Positions 1-10,094 of a DNA stretch of 48,863 bases are shown here, in pieces. The notes below the pieces were generated by a model. The model saw only the letters and a program-made list of their open reading frames with translations, had not been told where the DNA came from and searched no databases. Every line of letters starts with the position of its first letter. The stretch's first letter is position 1. Origin of the DNA: a virus (Duplodnaviria; Caudoviricetes); IMG/VR virus record IMGVR_UViG_3300017766_005395, positions 1 through 48,863 of that record; one strand, given 5' to 3'. Position numbers and translations under genes: made by a program.

Positions 1-69
1 AGTTGCCTCTGACGCGGCTAACAGGCATAATCCCTTCCACGAGTTTCCTGTGCAAGACGGAGCGAGACT

Positions 70-660
70 GTGGAAAGTACGAGACAAAAGCCGGCGCTGC
101 CGCCCGAGGAGAAGCCCGTGGAGGGGTTCGTTCCGGGGAACAAGCTGTGGCAGCTGAGAGCCTTTCACGGCTCGCCTCGCATCTACGAGGACCCAGATAA
201 GCTGTGGTCAGACTGTTGCGATTACTTTGCGTGGACCGAGAAGAACTCCATCAAGGCGACACACGTTTCCGCCTTCGAAGGGGTGGTCACCCAGACAAAA
301 GTGCGCAAGGTGCGCGCCATGACGATCAACGGGCTGTGCGTGTTCCTCAACATCAGCGGAGACGCGTGGGCCTACCTCGCCAAGCACAAGAACCCGCAGA
401 TCCGGGCCGTGCGCGAGACGGTGATGGCGATCATCAAGGAGCAGAAGTTCACAGCGGCTGCGGCCGGCGAGCTGAACCCGATGCTGATCGCTCGGGACTT
501 GGGGCTCCAAGACCGCAGCGTGTCCGAGGTGCACTCCACCAGCACGGGGCTGAACTTGGACGTGAATGATTTGAAAGGGCTGTCCGAGCCCGAGTTGGCC
601 CAGCTGGAAGCGCTGCTCACTCGGGTGGAGTCGGCGATGACGGGCGAGAGCGAGCCTTGA
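70..660 (+). CDS. terS: terminase small subunit (P22 gp3-like DNA packaging protein)
   Basis: Motifs PDKLW..CCDYFAW, RAMTINGLCVFLNI and EQKFTAAAAGELNPMLIARDLGL resemble the P22 gp3 family; directly upstream of TerL; GTG start. Confidence 0.85.
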   Translation: MESTRQKPALPPEEKPVEGFVPGNKLWQLRAFHGSPRIYEDPDKLWSDCCDYFAWTEKNSIKATHVSAFEGVVTQTKVRKVRAMTINGLCVFLNISGDAWAYLAKHKNPQIRAVRETVMAIIKEQKFTAAAAGELNPMLIARDLGLQDRSVSEVHSTSTGLNLDVNDLKGLSEPELAQLEALLTRVESAMTGESEP

Positions 661-683
661 GAGCGGCTCCCGGAGCGCAGTGA

Positions 684-2240
684 ATGGGTACCCCAGCGCT
701 GATCCTGGAAGCGATCAAGGTCGAGCGGTGCCGAAGGGAGTGCGAAGCCTCCCTGCTCACGTTCGTTGAGCGAGCGTGGCCGGTGATTGAGCCGAAGGTG
801 CGTTTCCTCCGCAACTGGCACCTTGAGGCCGTAGCGGACCACCTGCAGGCCGTCTCCCGAGGGGAGATCGAGACGTTGTTGGTCAACGTGCCGCCGGGCA
901 CCATGAAGTCGATCATGATCTCGGTGTGCTTCCCCGCGTGGGAGTGGACGACGCGGCCGGACTTGCGGTACTTGGGAGCCTCTTACTCGCCGGACTTGGC
1001 GATACGGGACTCGATGTTGTGCCACGACATCATCACCAGCGAGTGGTACCAGAAGCGCTGGCCGAACGTGCGCATCGAGCGCGGCGAGGACCAGAAGATC
1101 AAGTACGCGCTCACCGGGGGCGGCTGGCGAATCGCCACCTCGGTCGGCGGCCGTGGCACGGGGGAGCACCCAGACCGGAAGATCGTCGACGACCCGCACA
1201 ACGCCAAACAAGCCGACTCCGACGCGATGCGCGAAGAGGCGCTGGTGTGGTACGACAGAACGCTCTCGACACGCGGCCAGAGCCGGAACGCGAGCACGGT
1301 GGTGGTGATGCAGCGACTCCACGAGCGGGACTTGGCCGGGCACATCCTGGAGCGCAATGCGAACGTCGTGCACCTGTGCATCCCCATGGAGTTCGACGAG
1401 GTTCGCAAGCCGACTCGGCTGGGCTGGGTCGATCCGCGCAAGGTTAAGGGCGAGCTGTTGTGGCCCGAGCTGTTCCCGACCGACAAGGTCGAGGCGCTCA
1501 AGCTCGTGTTGGGCAAGTACGGCGCCGCCGGCCAGCTCCAGCAGCGACCGTCGCCCGAGGGCGGAGGAAGGCTGAAGCCGTCAGACTTTGGGTTGTGGCC
1601 GCACGACGTGCCGTTGCCCCAGATGCAATACCTGCTTCAGTCCTACGACACCGCGTTCACCGACAAGACCGAGAACGACCCGACAGCCTGCACAGTGTGG
1701 GGCGTGTTCACGTTCGAGAACCGACAGAACGTGATGCTGCTGGACGCTTGGAGCGAGCACCTGGAGTACCCCGAGCTGCGCGACCGGGCGTTGCGCGACT
1801 GGGGACTGAAGTACGCCGGCGACCCCAAGTCCCTCAGCAACCGGAAGAAGGGCGTGGACTTGGTGCTCATCGAGCAGAAGGGCTCTGGGCAGTCGCTCTT
1901 GCAGGACCTGACGCGCGCAAAGCTGTACGTGGCGGCCTACAACCCCGGTCTGTCGGACAAGACGGCCCGCGCGGCGGTGATCGCCCCGATCCTGGACGCC
2001 GGGCTGGTGTGGGTCCCGGAGAGCAAGCGCGGCGGCACTTGGGCCACATGGGCGGACGACTTCATGCGACAGGTCGAGCGCTTCCCCAAGGACGAGCACG
2101 ACGATTACGTAGACACGATGACGCAGGCGCTGCGGTACTTGCGTGACAGCAACTTCATAACGCTCGTGGACGCCAAGCGTGAAGCCGAAGAGCGCGACGT
2201 CCCACCGCCCAAGCCGAGGAGCAACCCGTATGCAGCTTGA
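684..2240 (+). CDS. terL: terminase large subunit
   Basis: Walker A-like NVPPGTMKS, Walker B IVDDPH, coupling motif VVMQRLHE, nuclease residues SYDTA and HDDYVDTMTQ. Confidence 0.95.
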   Translation: MGTPALILEAIKVERCRRECEASLLTFVERAWPVIEPKVRFLRNWHLEAVADHLQAVSRGEIETLLVNVPPGTMKSIMISVCFPAWEWTTRPDLRYLGASYSPDLAIRDSMLCHDIITSEWYQKRWPNVRIERGEDQKIKYALTGGGWRIATSVGGRGTGEHPDRKIVDDPHNAKQADSDAMREEALVWYDRTLSTRGQSRNASTVVVMQRLHERDLAGHILERNANVVHLCIPMEFDEVRKPTRLGWVDPRKVKGELLWPELFPTDKVEALKLVLGKYGAAGQLQQRPSPEGGGRLKPSDFGLWPHDVPLPQMQYLLQSYDTAFTDKTENDPTACTVWGVFTFENRQNVMLLDAWSEHLEYPELRDRALRDWGLKYAGDPKSLSNRKKGVDLVLIEQKGSGQSLLQDLTRAKLYVAAYNPGLSDKTARAAVIAPILDAGLVWVPESKRGGTWATWADDFMRQVERFPKDEHDDYVDTMTQALRYLRDSNFITLVDAKREAEERDVPPPKPRSNPYAA

Positions 2241-2637
2241 AGACCATGCCCCGCGCACCATCCCCCAACTCATCACGGCCATCGAGTCGCTGTTCGTCCC
2301 GCGCGGCGACTTTGGCGGTCGGGCGACCATGATGGTCGGCGATCAGGTGCTGCGCGCGGTCACTTACGCAACTGGCTACCGACTCGACCACGACTCGATC
2401 CCGCTGAACGCATGGCACCCCGGAGCGGAAGCCGCGATCGCAGGCCACTGGAAAGCGATGGTGCGCATCCACAGCGGCGAGAAGCCTTACTCCAACTTGC
2501 CGTTTGCCGACGCCGAGCCCGAGATCGAAGGCGAGCGCCCGGTCCCGCCGCGCTCGATCTTCTGGCGCAAGAAGCCGGAGTTGGTGTTCGCCGACACAGG
2601 AATCGTCTACGTGCGCATGCGCGCCGCGTTCGTCTGA
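2230..2637 (+). CDS. hypothetical protein (135 aa)
   Basis: ATG at 2230 overlaps the TerL end; fills the gap before 2653 in the frame of ORF 2179..2637. Confidence 0.6.
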   Translation: MQLEDHAPRTIPQLITAIESLFVPRGDFGGRATMMVGDQVLRAVTYATGYRLDHDSIPLNAWHPGAEAAIAGHWKAMVRIHSGEKPYSNLPFADAEPEIEGERPVPPRSIFWRKKPELVFADTGIVYVRMRAAFV

Positions 2638-2652
2638 AGAAGGGGTCTCGCA

Positions 2653-5600
2653 ATGGCTAAAGGCGGTCCGCTGGTCAAGATCTTCAACCGCATCCGTGAG
2701 GAGATGGAGATTGCGCGTCGCGATCCGCGCGCCGAAGCGCTCCGAGACGCCGTTGCGGCCGGGTACGTTGTGCCGACGCGTCATGCCACTCGCAACATCG
2801 ATGCGCCGAGGGCGACTCCTTGGCGCGCGACCGACTCTCTCGGCACGCACCTCGATCCGACCCCCGAAGGGCGCCAAGCCGAACACAGACTCGACGACCT
2901 GCACGGAGAGCGCGTTGACTACGAAGAGATGGGCATCCCTGATCTGGACGCCTTCAATCCGGGGATCTTGTCTGTCCTCGCTCGCATTTCGCGCCCGATG
3001 GTGGGGAGCGAGTCGCTCGTGAATCTCGGCCCGCGCGATGCGGTGAATTGGAATGACTTTGATGAAATCCGGGCAGCGCTTCAGCGTGAGGGACGCGACT
3101 CTGTCATCTATCGCAACGAGAACGAAGGCGCCAAGTGGTCGCCGCGCCCGCTGCGCGACGCGCCTGTGACAGATCAGTTCTCGCCAGAGAACTTCCTCCT
3201 CGGCGAAGAGGCTCTGGACGCGCTGCTGAACCGAGAGCTTGGGGTCGACAAGCAAAACTACTCCATCGTCGTCCCAGACCCCAGAAACGTGATCAACGTC
3301 TTCGGAGACAAGCTGATGCGCCGAGCCTACGACGAGCCGGGGTTCGCCGAAGGCGGCCTGGTGGACTTGGTCGATCGCTACGACCATGGCGACTGGCTGG
3401 ACCGTCAGCCGCTGGAGCCGGAGGGCTACGCGAAGGGCGGCTCCGTCAAGAAGACCCGCCAGTGGTTGACCGGATCGGTGGAGAACGCGCTGTCGCACTT
3501 GAAGACTCTGCTGCAGAATCACACGCCCGAAGCAGGGCGTCCTGACGATCCGCTGCCGCCGAAGGAGTGGATTGGCGCTCGGTTGAGCGAGAAAGGGATG
3601 GATTGGCTGGACAAGCCAGAGAAGCGCGACCTCATGGACAACATGACTCGCCTCCAAGCCCTCAACGACTGGGTCGACGCCCAGCTCACTCGTTATGTCA
3701 AGAACGACTACGGGACTGAGTGGGATCCGTTGTTGCAGATCGCGCCGGAGGAGCGCCACCACGCAGACCAGATGTATCCTGGCGGTTGGCTCACGCCAGA
3801 GCTCGCCAACGAACGGCTCTTCATGCCGCCTTGGAAGAGTCGCTCGGCTGAGTATTGGTTGACGGATCCCGCGTCCAGGAACAACCCTTGGCTAGAGAAG
3901 GTTGACCCGAACGAGCGCGTGTATGAAGCCGACGAAAGTCTGTCAGAGTCTCTCGACGCCCGCCATCTCATCGACGAGCTCAACAACGCCTTGGACCCCG
4001 AGTCTGGCCTGCCTCCAGAGCTGCGTCTGCGCACCGAGTCACTCAATCGAGTGTCGGTCCCGCAGGCCTCACGCCTTGTCGGTCAGATCAACGCTTGGCG
4101 CGCGGCCCAGAAAGCCGAGGCGAGTCAGGCGCTCGCCAACAACCCAGCGACGTTCCTGCACAAGGAATACCCGGAAGGATTCCGCTGGGTGCAGTTGAAG
4201 AAACCGCCCGTGCAGAAACCGTCTGGCGAGATTACCGACGAGTTATTTCGTGCGCACTCGGAAGCGGGAGATGCAGCTTACGACCAACTCCAGGACGCCT
4301 TGCGTTATGAAGGCGACACGATGGGGCATTGCGTGGGAGGCAAGTGCCGCGACGTTTCCCGAGGTGATTATCAGATCTTCTCGCTGAGAGACGCGAAGGG
4401 CCAACCGCATGTGACGGTCAGAGCGAACCCGATTGACCCGAAGCCCTATGACAAATGGATGTCCGAGGTAGCCACGAGCGATCCGGAGTTCAACGAGTTC
4501 ATCGAGTACGCCAGGAGCCCCGTGACCGGGACCGGGAACGGGGAAAGGTCATGGGAGAATTGGCTTGCCTCCAAGGGACGCGAGATTCCGCCGACTCTTT
4601 ACGACATTCGTGAGATCAAAGGCAAAGGCAACCGCCGCCCGGCCGACAAGTACCAGCGTTTCGTCACCGACTTCATCAGAAGCGGCAACTACGACGTCAA
4701 AGGCGACCTGCAGCACACCGAGCTCATCCAGTTTCGAGGCGGAAAAACACGCATCGGCGACAGAAACGACATCGAAATGCCCAGCGGATACATGACTTTG
4801 GAGGAGGCAGCTCAGTTCGTGAAGGACCAAGGAGCCGATCCGGTCCAAACTGACCGCCATTTTGGGTTGGACGTGATCCGCGCGATCAGCGACGACGCGC
4901 CTCAGCGTGATTTTGCAGAAGGCGGGCTGGTGAAAGCGCTGCGCGAGTGGAACTCCGCACGTCCGCAGGTGCAATCCGAGCCAAGAGGAGCCAAGTCCGA
5001 GCCAAAATCCCTCGCCGACGAGCTAGATCAGCTGCGTTACGCCATCGCGGCCGGATTCGGCACACAATATGAGCGCGACGAGGGTGGATTGCCGGGTCTT
5101 GCGCTGTCGACGATGGGCCTGCCGGCTTGGTTGGACTTGGCCGGGGAGGGAACGGCGCCGGGCTGGGCCGTGGACGCCTCTGACCGATACGACGCGCACC
5201 TGAATTCGCTGCTGGAGCGCTACAACCTGCCTCCCACTGGCGAGCTGGACGTAGGCGACCGCTACGGGGTGGCGCTCGGCGAGATGATGGGTCAGTTGCC
5301 GGTGCCCGCGAGCCTGCTGGGCAAGCTGAAAGCGCTGCCGGGTATGAAGAAGCTGGGCTGGCTGACAGAATACTTCGGGCCGGTCATCGAGCCGAGCGCG
5401 CTGAACTACGGAATTGGCACCGCTGTGGGCGGAACGCTGCGCCAGATCGAGGGGCCGGCCGACCCGGAGTTGAACGGCTTGGTCGACCGCTACGAGGACG
5501 GGGACTGGTTGGATCGTCAGCCGGCCGAGGAGCCGCGTGGTTACGCGAAGGGCGGCTCAGTGCAGAAGACTCGCCAGTGGCTGAAGGACTCTGTCGAGAA

Positions 5601-7191
5601 CGCGCTGAAGCGACTCAAGTGGGAGAAAACAGGCCCGAACGAGCAATCTCGCCAAGATATCGACGCCTTCATGAACGCCGCTCGGCGCAACATGCCTCAG
5701 GAGCTGGACGTGGACGGCACGATCAACTCGCTGCGCGGGGTGGATCAGTGGATCAACTCGCAGCTTGCTCGGTACGTGAAGAATGACATGGCTACGGATT
5801 GGGACCCATTGAACCAGTTGTCTGCAGACGAACTTCACATGGCTCGTCCTGACCCAACCCAGCCGTGGTGGCCTTCGTGGGCCATCGCTGACACCCCACG
5901 GTCTGCTTACGACAATCCCGACTATATAAGAAGTATCAATTACGACAACAAAGACGACAGCGGGACTCGCATTTTCGAGTCGAATCCGTGGTTGCGCAAC
6001 GTCCCTCCAGAGGAGCGGATTTACCACGTTTCGCCTTATGATTTTGAAAGAGCGACCGGATTCGAGCACTTGATCGATGAATTGCGCAACGCGACCCGCC
6101 CCGACTCAGACCTGCCGCGCGAGCTGCGGCTGCGCCCTGAGTCCTTGAGTCGCGTTTCAGTCCCGCAGGCCTCCCGGCTTGTTGGCCAGATCAATGCGTG
6201 GCGCGCGGCGCAGAAGGTCGAGGCCAGCCAGAGCATCGCCAACAACTCAGCGACGCAGGTTTTGAAGGAATACCCGGAAGGCTTCCGCTGGGTGGAGCTG
6301 CGCAAGCCGCAGGACACAGGCACTTCCGTGGAGTTCGAGGGTTCTCTTGCGGAGGTCGGAGGAGTCCAAGCCGTTGCCGCGTTCAAGGCCGCTGTGCGCC
6401 GAGACACGATGGAGGAGGTGCGAAGGCTGGCGGAAGAGGGGATGGAGCCTGCCGACATCGCGGGGGAGTTGTACCTGAGCGACTACGGTCTTTCCGATGA
6501 GCAGATCATGGACTTGACGAAAGTCGACGACGACACCTGGAACGAAATCGCGCAAGACTTGGGGGAAGGAGCTTATGGAAACGAGCTTTGGGACAACCAA
6601 GAGCGCATAAAAGGATCAGAAGACGAGTCGATTAGCCAACTCCGCGCAGCTCTCAAATACGAGGGCGACACGATGGGGCATTGCGTCGGAGGGGCGTGCA
6701 GCGATGTGGCCGGAGGGCAGTACCGCATCTTCTCGCTCCGCGACTCCAAAGGCCAGCCGCACGTCACAGTCAGAGCGAATCCAACAGACTTGGCGCCGGG
6801 CTTCAAGATCGTGGAAGTCAAAGGCAAAAGCAACGCCAAGCCCGTGGACAAGTACATCCCCTTCGTCCAGGACTTTCTGGCAGAGCGCAAGTGGCCCATA
6901 CAAGGCGACCAAGCTAACACAGGATTCATATTCCCGAACGACCTTTTGCGTTACAAGCTCGGCGATCCGCTGCAGAACGCGATTCGCGGAACGCAAGACA
7001 TAGACGCGCTCTTCGAGGCGCAGGGCACTCAGTACGGCACGAAAGACTCGCTCTTGCAAAAGGCGCGCGAGCTTTGGCCTGACCGCTTCTTGGATCAACA
7101 ACCGCCCGGCTTCGCCCGAGGCGGCCTCGTATACGACCCGGCGCGCATCAGCGCTCTGGCACAACAATTGCTGCAAGCGGGAGATCGATGA
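2653..7191 (+). CDS. large polyvalent protein: N-terminal ADP-ribosyltransferase-like domain plus two PcfJ-like modules
   Basis: 1512-aa ORF. N-terminus has RHAT...GTHL...REGRDSVIYRNENEG...YSIVVPDPRNV (ART-PolyVal-like pattern). Two copies of L[RK]YEGDTMGHCVGG...IFSLRD.KGQPHVTV...EIKGKGN (PcfJ-like). Confidence 0.75.
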   Translation: MAKGGPLVKIFNRIREEMEIARRDPRAEALRDAVAAGYVVPTRHATRNIDAPRATPWRATDSLGTHLDPTPEGRQAEHRLDDLHGERVDYEEMGIPDLDAFNPGILSVLARISRPMVGSESLVNLGPRDAVNWNDFDEIRAALQREGRDSVIYRNENEGAKWSPRPLRDAPVTDQFSPENFLLGEEALDALLNRELGVDKQNYSIVVPDPRNVINVFGDKLMRRAYDEPGFAEGGLVDLVDRYDHGDWLDRQPLEPEGYAKGGSVKKTRQWLTGSVENALSHLKTLLQNHTPEAGRPDDPLPPKEWIGARLSEKGMDWLDKPEKRDLMDNMTRLQALNDWVDAQLTRYVKNDYGTEWDPLLQIAPEERHHADQMYPGGWLTPELANERLFMPPWKSRSAEYWLTDPASRNNPWLEKVDPNERVYEADESLSESLDARHLIDELNNALDPESGLPPELRLRTESLNRVSVPQASRLVGQINAWRAAQKAEASQALANNPATFLHKEYPEGFRWVQLKKPPVQKPSGEITDELFRAHSEAGDAAYDQLQDALRYEGDTMGHCVGGKCRDVSRGDYQIFSLRDAKGQPHVTVRANPIDPKPYDKWMSEVATSDPEFNEFIEYARSPVTGTGNGERSWENWLASKGREIPPTLYDIREIKGKGNRRPADKYQRFVTDFIRSGNYDVKGDLQHTELIQFRGGKTRIGDRNDIEMPSGYMTLEEAAQFVKDQGADPVQTDRHFGLDVIRAISDDAPQRDFAEGGLVKALREWNSARPQVQSEPRGAKSEPKSLADELDQLRYAIAAGFGTQYERDEGGLPGLALSTMGLPAWLDLAGEGTAPGWAVDASDRYDAHLNSLLERYNLPPTGELDVGDRYGVALGEMMGQLPVPASLLGKLKALPGMKKLGWLTEYFGPVIEPSALNYGIGTAVGGTLRQIEGPADPELNGLVDRYEDGDWLDRQPAEEPRGYAKGGSVQKTRQWLKDSVENALKRLKWEKTGPNEQSRQDIDAFMNAARRNMPQELDVDGTINSLRGVDQWINSQLARYVKNDMATDWDPLNQLSADELHMARPDPTQPWWPSWAIADTPRSAYDNPDYIRSINYDNKDDSGTRIFESNPWLRNVPPEERIYHVSPYDFERATGFEHLIDELRNATRPDSDLPRELRLRPESLSRVSVPQASRLVGQINAWRAAQKVEASQSIANNSATQVLKEYPEGFRWVELRKPQDTGTSVEFEGSLAEVGGVQAVAAFKAAVRRDTMEEVRRLAEEGMEPADIAGELYLSDYGLSDEQIMDLTKVDDDTWNEIAQDLGEGAYGNELWDNQERIKGSEDESISQLRAALKYEGDTMGHCVGGACSDVAGGQYRIFSLRDSKGQPHVTVRANPTDLAPGFKIVEVKGKSNAKPVDKYIPFVQDFLAERKWPIQGDQANTGFIFPNDLLRYKLGDPLQNAIRGTQDIDALFEAQGTQYGTKDSLLQKARELWPDRFLDQQPPGFARGGLVYDPARISALAQQLLQAGDR
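3358..6900 (+). repeat. intragenic duplication of a ~500-aa module (copies ~3358-4720 and ~5470-6900)
   Basis: Shared blocks DRY..GDWLDRQP..P.GYAKGGSV.KTRQWL..SVENAL, QL.RYVKND..T.WDPL, HLIDEL.NA..P.S.LP.ELRLR.ESL.RVSVPQASRLVGQINAWRAAQK, KEYPEGFRWV.L.KP and YEGDTMGHCVGG. Approximate boundaries. Confidence 0.9.
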
Positions 7192-9752
7192 TGGACGAGG
7201 AATTGGAAGGAATGGACGTGCTGCTGGAGGACGAGCCCTCTGACGTGACCGAAGACGACGCAGGCGGCGCCGTGGTCGTGCTGGAGGACGAGGAGAGCGA
7301 CTCCATCCGCGATCAGACCGACGAGCACTTCGAAAACCTCGTCGAGTCCTTCCCGAAGAGCAAGATGGCAACGCTGGTCTCTCAACTGCTCGACAAGATC
7401 GAAATCGACCAGCGTTCCCGCGAAAAGCGTGACGAGCTCTACGCCGAAGGCTTGCGCCGCACCGGACTAGGCGACGACGCGCCCGGCGGAGCCACGTTCT
7501 CGGGCGCCACTCGGGTCGTGCACCCGATGATGATTGAGGCGTGCGTGGACTTCCAAGCTCGCGCCATGAAGGAGCTCTTCCCCGCCAACGGCCCGGCCAA
7601 GTCCAAGGTCGTCAACAAGAAAGACAAAACGGTGCTGGAGCGGGCTCAACGTCGCTCTGACTTCATGAATTGGCAGATGACCCAAAAGTCGCCCGAGTTC
7701 CGCTCCGAGCTGGAACAGCTGCTGACGCAGTTGCCGCTCGGCGGCGGCCAGTACTTGAAGCTGGTGTGGCACCCCAAAAAGCGCCGCGCGATCCCCGAGT
7801 TCGTGCCGATCGACGACATGTTCCTGCCATTCGCCGCGTCCAACTTCTACACCGCCGAGCGCAAGACGCACCGCCAATACGTCACCGAGCAAGAGTTCGA
7901 GCAGCGCGTGGCGAGCGGAATGTACGCAGACGTGCTGCTCTCCTACGCGGCAGCGCCGGAAGAGTCTGCCGCCCAGAAGGCGAACGACAAGATCGAGGGC
8001 CGCACCGCCGACGCTTACAACGAGGACGGACTGCGAGTCATTTATGAAATTGCAGTAGACTTGCAGCTGGACGATGACGACGAGTTGGCGCCCTACATCT
8101 TCACCATCGACGACACCTCGCGCGCGCCGCTCGCCCTTTACCGCAACTGGATGCCGGACGACGAGCAGCAGGAGGAGCTTTACTGGATTGTAGAGTTCCC
8201 CTTTGTGCCTTGGCGCGGGGCGTACCCGATCGGTCTGACGCACATGATCGGAGGCCTGAGCGGGGCAGCCACCGGAGCGCTGCGCGCACTGCTCGACTCT
8301 GCCCACGTGCAGAACATTCCAACTCTGGCGAAGCTCAAAGGCGGCATGCCCGGCCAGACGATGAACTTGCAGCCCACAGAAGTGGTCGAGATCGAGGGCG
8401 GCGCGCTCGCCGACGACATCCGCAAGCTCCTGATGCCCATTCCGTTCAACCCGCCCAGCCCCACGCTCTTCTCGCTGCTGGGATTCTTGGTGGACGCCGG
8501 GCGCGGGGTCGTGCAAACGTCCTTCGAGAAGCTGTCCGACAACAACGCCAACGCGCCGGTGGGCACCACTCTCGCGCTGATCGAGCAGGGGATGGTGGTG
8601 TTCAGCTCGATTCACTCGCGGCTACACAACTCCATCGCGATGATGCTGCGGATTCTGCAACGGATCAACCGCTCGTACCTGACAGAAGAGGACATCGAGG
8701 CCTCTGGCATCGAGGGGCTGACCCTCGCCGACTTCGACGAAGACGACGACGCGATTGTGCCTGTGTCGGACCCGGCGATCTTCTCTGAAACGCAGCGCTT
8801 CGCCCAGATCCAAGCCGTCATGCAGCGCGCCGACGTGAAGCCGCAGCTCTATGACGCCCGGCTCGTGGAGGAGTTGTTCCTGCAGCAACTCAAATTCTCC
8901 GAGGACGTGTTGGTCAAGAAGGAAACGCCGGAGAACATGGACCCGGCGAGCGAGAACGTGGCGATGACGATGGGGGCGCCGGTCACAGTGCTCCCGCAGC
9001 AAGAGCACCTGGAGCACCTGATGGTGCACGCCTCTTTCATCATGTCGCCCGTCTTCGGCAGCAACTCGGTTATTCAGCGCACGCTGTTCCCGCCGATGAT
9101 CCAGCACTTGCGCGACCACCTGTTGCAGTTCTATCTGACAGAAGCGCAACGCGCAGTGAGCATGTCGGTCGAGCAACAACTGCTGACCGAGGACGACGCG
9201 CAGGCGCAGGCCGAGTTGATCCGCTTGACGCAGGTGGAGGTCGAGAAGGTGGTCGCTCAGTACGGCCAGCTGCTCTCCCAGATCGAGCAGTTCGTTGCCA
9301 GCCAACAACCGCAAGGCGGGATGCCGCCGGACAGCTCCTTGGCCGTTGCGCAGATCAACGCGCAGCAGCGCGCGGCCTCCGACGCTCAGAAAACGCAGTT
9401 GGCCGGCGCCAAGATGCAACAAGAAGCGCAGTCCAAGGCGGTCGACCAGCAACTCAAGAGCGCCGATCTGCAGTTCAAGGCGCAGTCCAAGGAGGCCGAT
9501 CTGGCTCTCCAACAGCAAGAGGCGGAAGCCGCCGAGCGCCGTCACCAAGAGCAGCTGCTCGCGGACGCCGCAACCGAGCAACTGCGCCAGAGCTCCGAGG
9601 ACGCTCGCATGGCAGAAGAGCTGGCCGCGCGCGAACGCATGAACTCGCAGGACAACGAGACAGCGATGGTGCTCGCGGCCGCCGAGATCGAATCTGGCGA
9701 GCGAGTGGCCGTCAGCACAGGCACCGGAATCAACCCCAACCCCGGCTCATAA
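7188..9752 (+). CDS. portal protein with C-terminal coiled-coil extension
   Basis: 854 aa; FSGATRVVHPMMIEACVDFQARAMKELFPANGP and NANAPVGTTLALIEQG blocks typical of podovirus-type portals; Q/A/E-rich helical tail; ATGA overlap with the upstream gene. Confidence 0.85.
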   Translation: MMDEELEGMDVLLEDEPSDVTEDDAGGAVVVLEDEESDSIRDQTDEHFENLVESFPKSKMATLVSQLLDKIEIDQRSREKRDELYAEGLRRTGLGDDAPGGATFSGATRVVHPMMIEACVDFQARAMKELFPANGPAKSKVVNKKDKTVLERAQRRSDFMNWQMTQKSPEFRSELEQLLTQLPLGGGQYLKLVWHPKKRRAIPEFVPIDDMFLPFAASNFYTAERKTHRQYVTEQEFEQRVASGMYADVLLSYAAAPEESAAQKANDKIEGRTADAYNEDGLRVIYEIAVDLQLDDDDELAPYIFTIDDTSRAPLALYRNWMPDDEQQEELYWIVEFPFVPWRGAYPIGLTHMIGGLSGAATGALRALLDSAHVQNIPTLAKLKGGMPGQTMNLQPTEVVEIEGGALADDIRKLLMPIPFNPPSPTLFSLLGFLVDAGRGVVQTSFEKLSDNNANAPVGTTLALIEQGMVVFSSIHSRLHNSIAMMLRILQRINRSYLTEEDIEASGIEGLTLADFDEDDDAIVPVSDPAIFSETQRFAQIQAVMQRADVKPQLYDARLVEELFLQQLKFSEDVLVKKETPENMDPASENVAMTMGAPVTVLPQQEHLEHLMVHASFIMSPVFGSNSVIQRTLFPPMIQHLRDHLLQFYLTEAQRAVSMSVEQQLLTEDDAQAQAELIRLTQVEVEKVVAQYGQLLSQIEQFVASQQPQGGMPPDSSLAVAQINAQQRAASDAQKTQLAGAKMQQEAQSKAVDQQLKSADLQFKAQSKEADLALQQQEAEAAERRHQEQLLADAATEQLRQSSEDARMAEELAARERMNSQDNETAMVLAAAEIESGERVAVSTGTGINPNPGS

Positions 9753-9762
9753 GGAGCATGCT

Positions 9763-9903
9763 ATGAAAGAACAAGGCAACAAGCCCACAAAGAGCAACAA
9801 AGACGAGTGCACCCCGCAACACAAGCGCCTTGCGATGGGCCAGAAGCCGGCCTTCACGGGGCAAAAAGACAACAAAAACCGCCCAACCAGGAGCAATGTA
9901 TGA
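9763..9903 (+). CDS. small basic hypothetical protein (46 aa, MKEQGNKPTK...PQHKRLAMG...)
   Basis: AAGGAG RBS at 9751; stop overlaps the next ATG (ATGA at 9900); not in the ORF track. Confidence 0.55.
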   Translation: MKEQGNKPTKSNKDECTPQHKRLAMGQKPAFTGQKDNKNRPTRSNV

Positions 9904-10094
9904 CGTTACAAAAACTGATGGACACGCTGAAGCGAAAGCGGGACGAGTATGCCCTGCAGGCGCTGAGGTGTCCCGAAGCGAAATCAGAGTTCGAGTATGG
10001 CTTGCGCTGCGGAATTGTGCAGTGCTACGAAGGAGTCATCGCCGAGCTGAAAACGATCCAACACGAGGAGGCCCGCGATGGACAAGACCTCTGA
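9900..10094 (+). CDS. hypothetical protein (64 aa), head module
   Basis: AGGAG RBS, ATG at 9900; MTLQKLMD...FEYGLRCGIVQCYE; lies between portal and GroES-like gene. Confidence 0.65.
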   Translation: MTLQKLMDTLKRKRDEYALQALRCPEAKSEFEYGLRCGIVQCYEGVIAELKTIQHEEARDGQDL

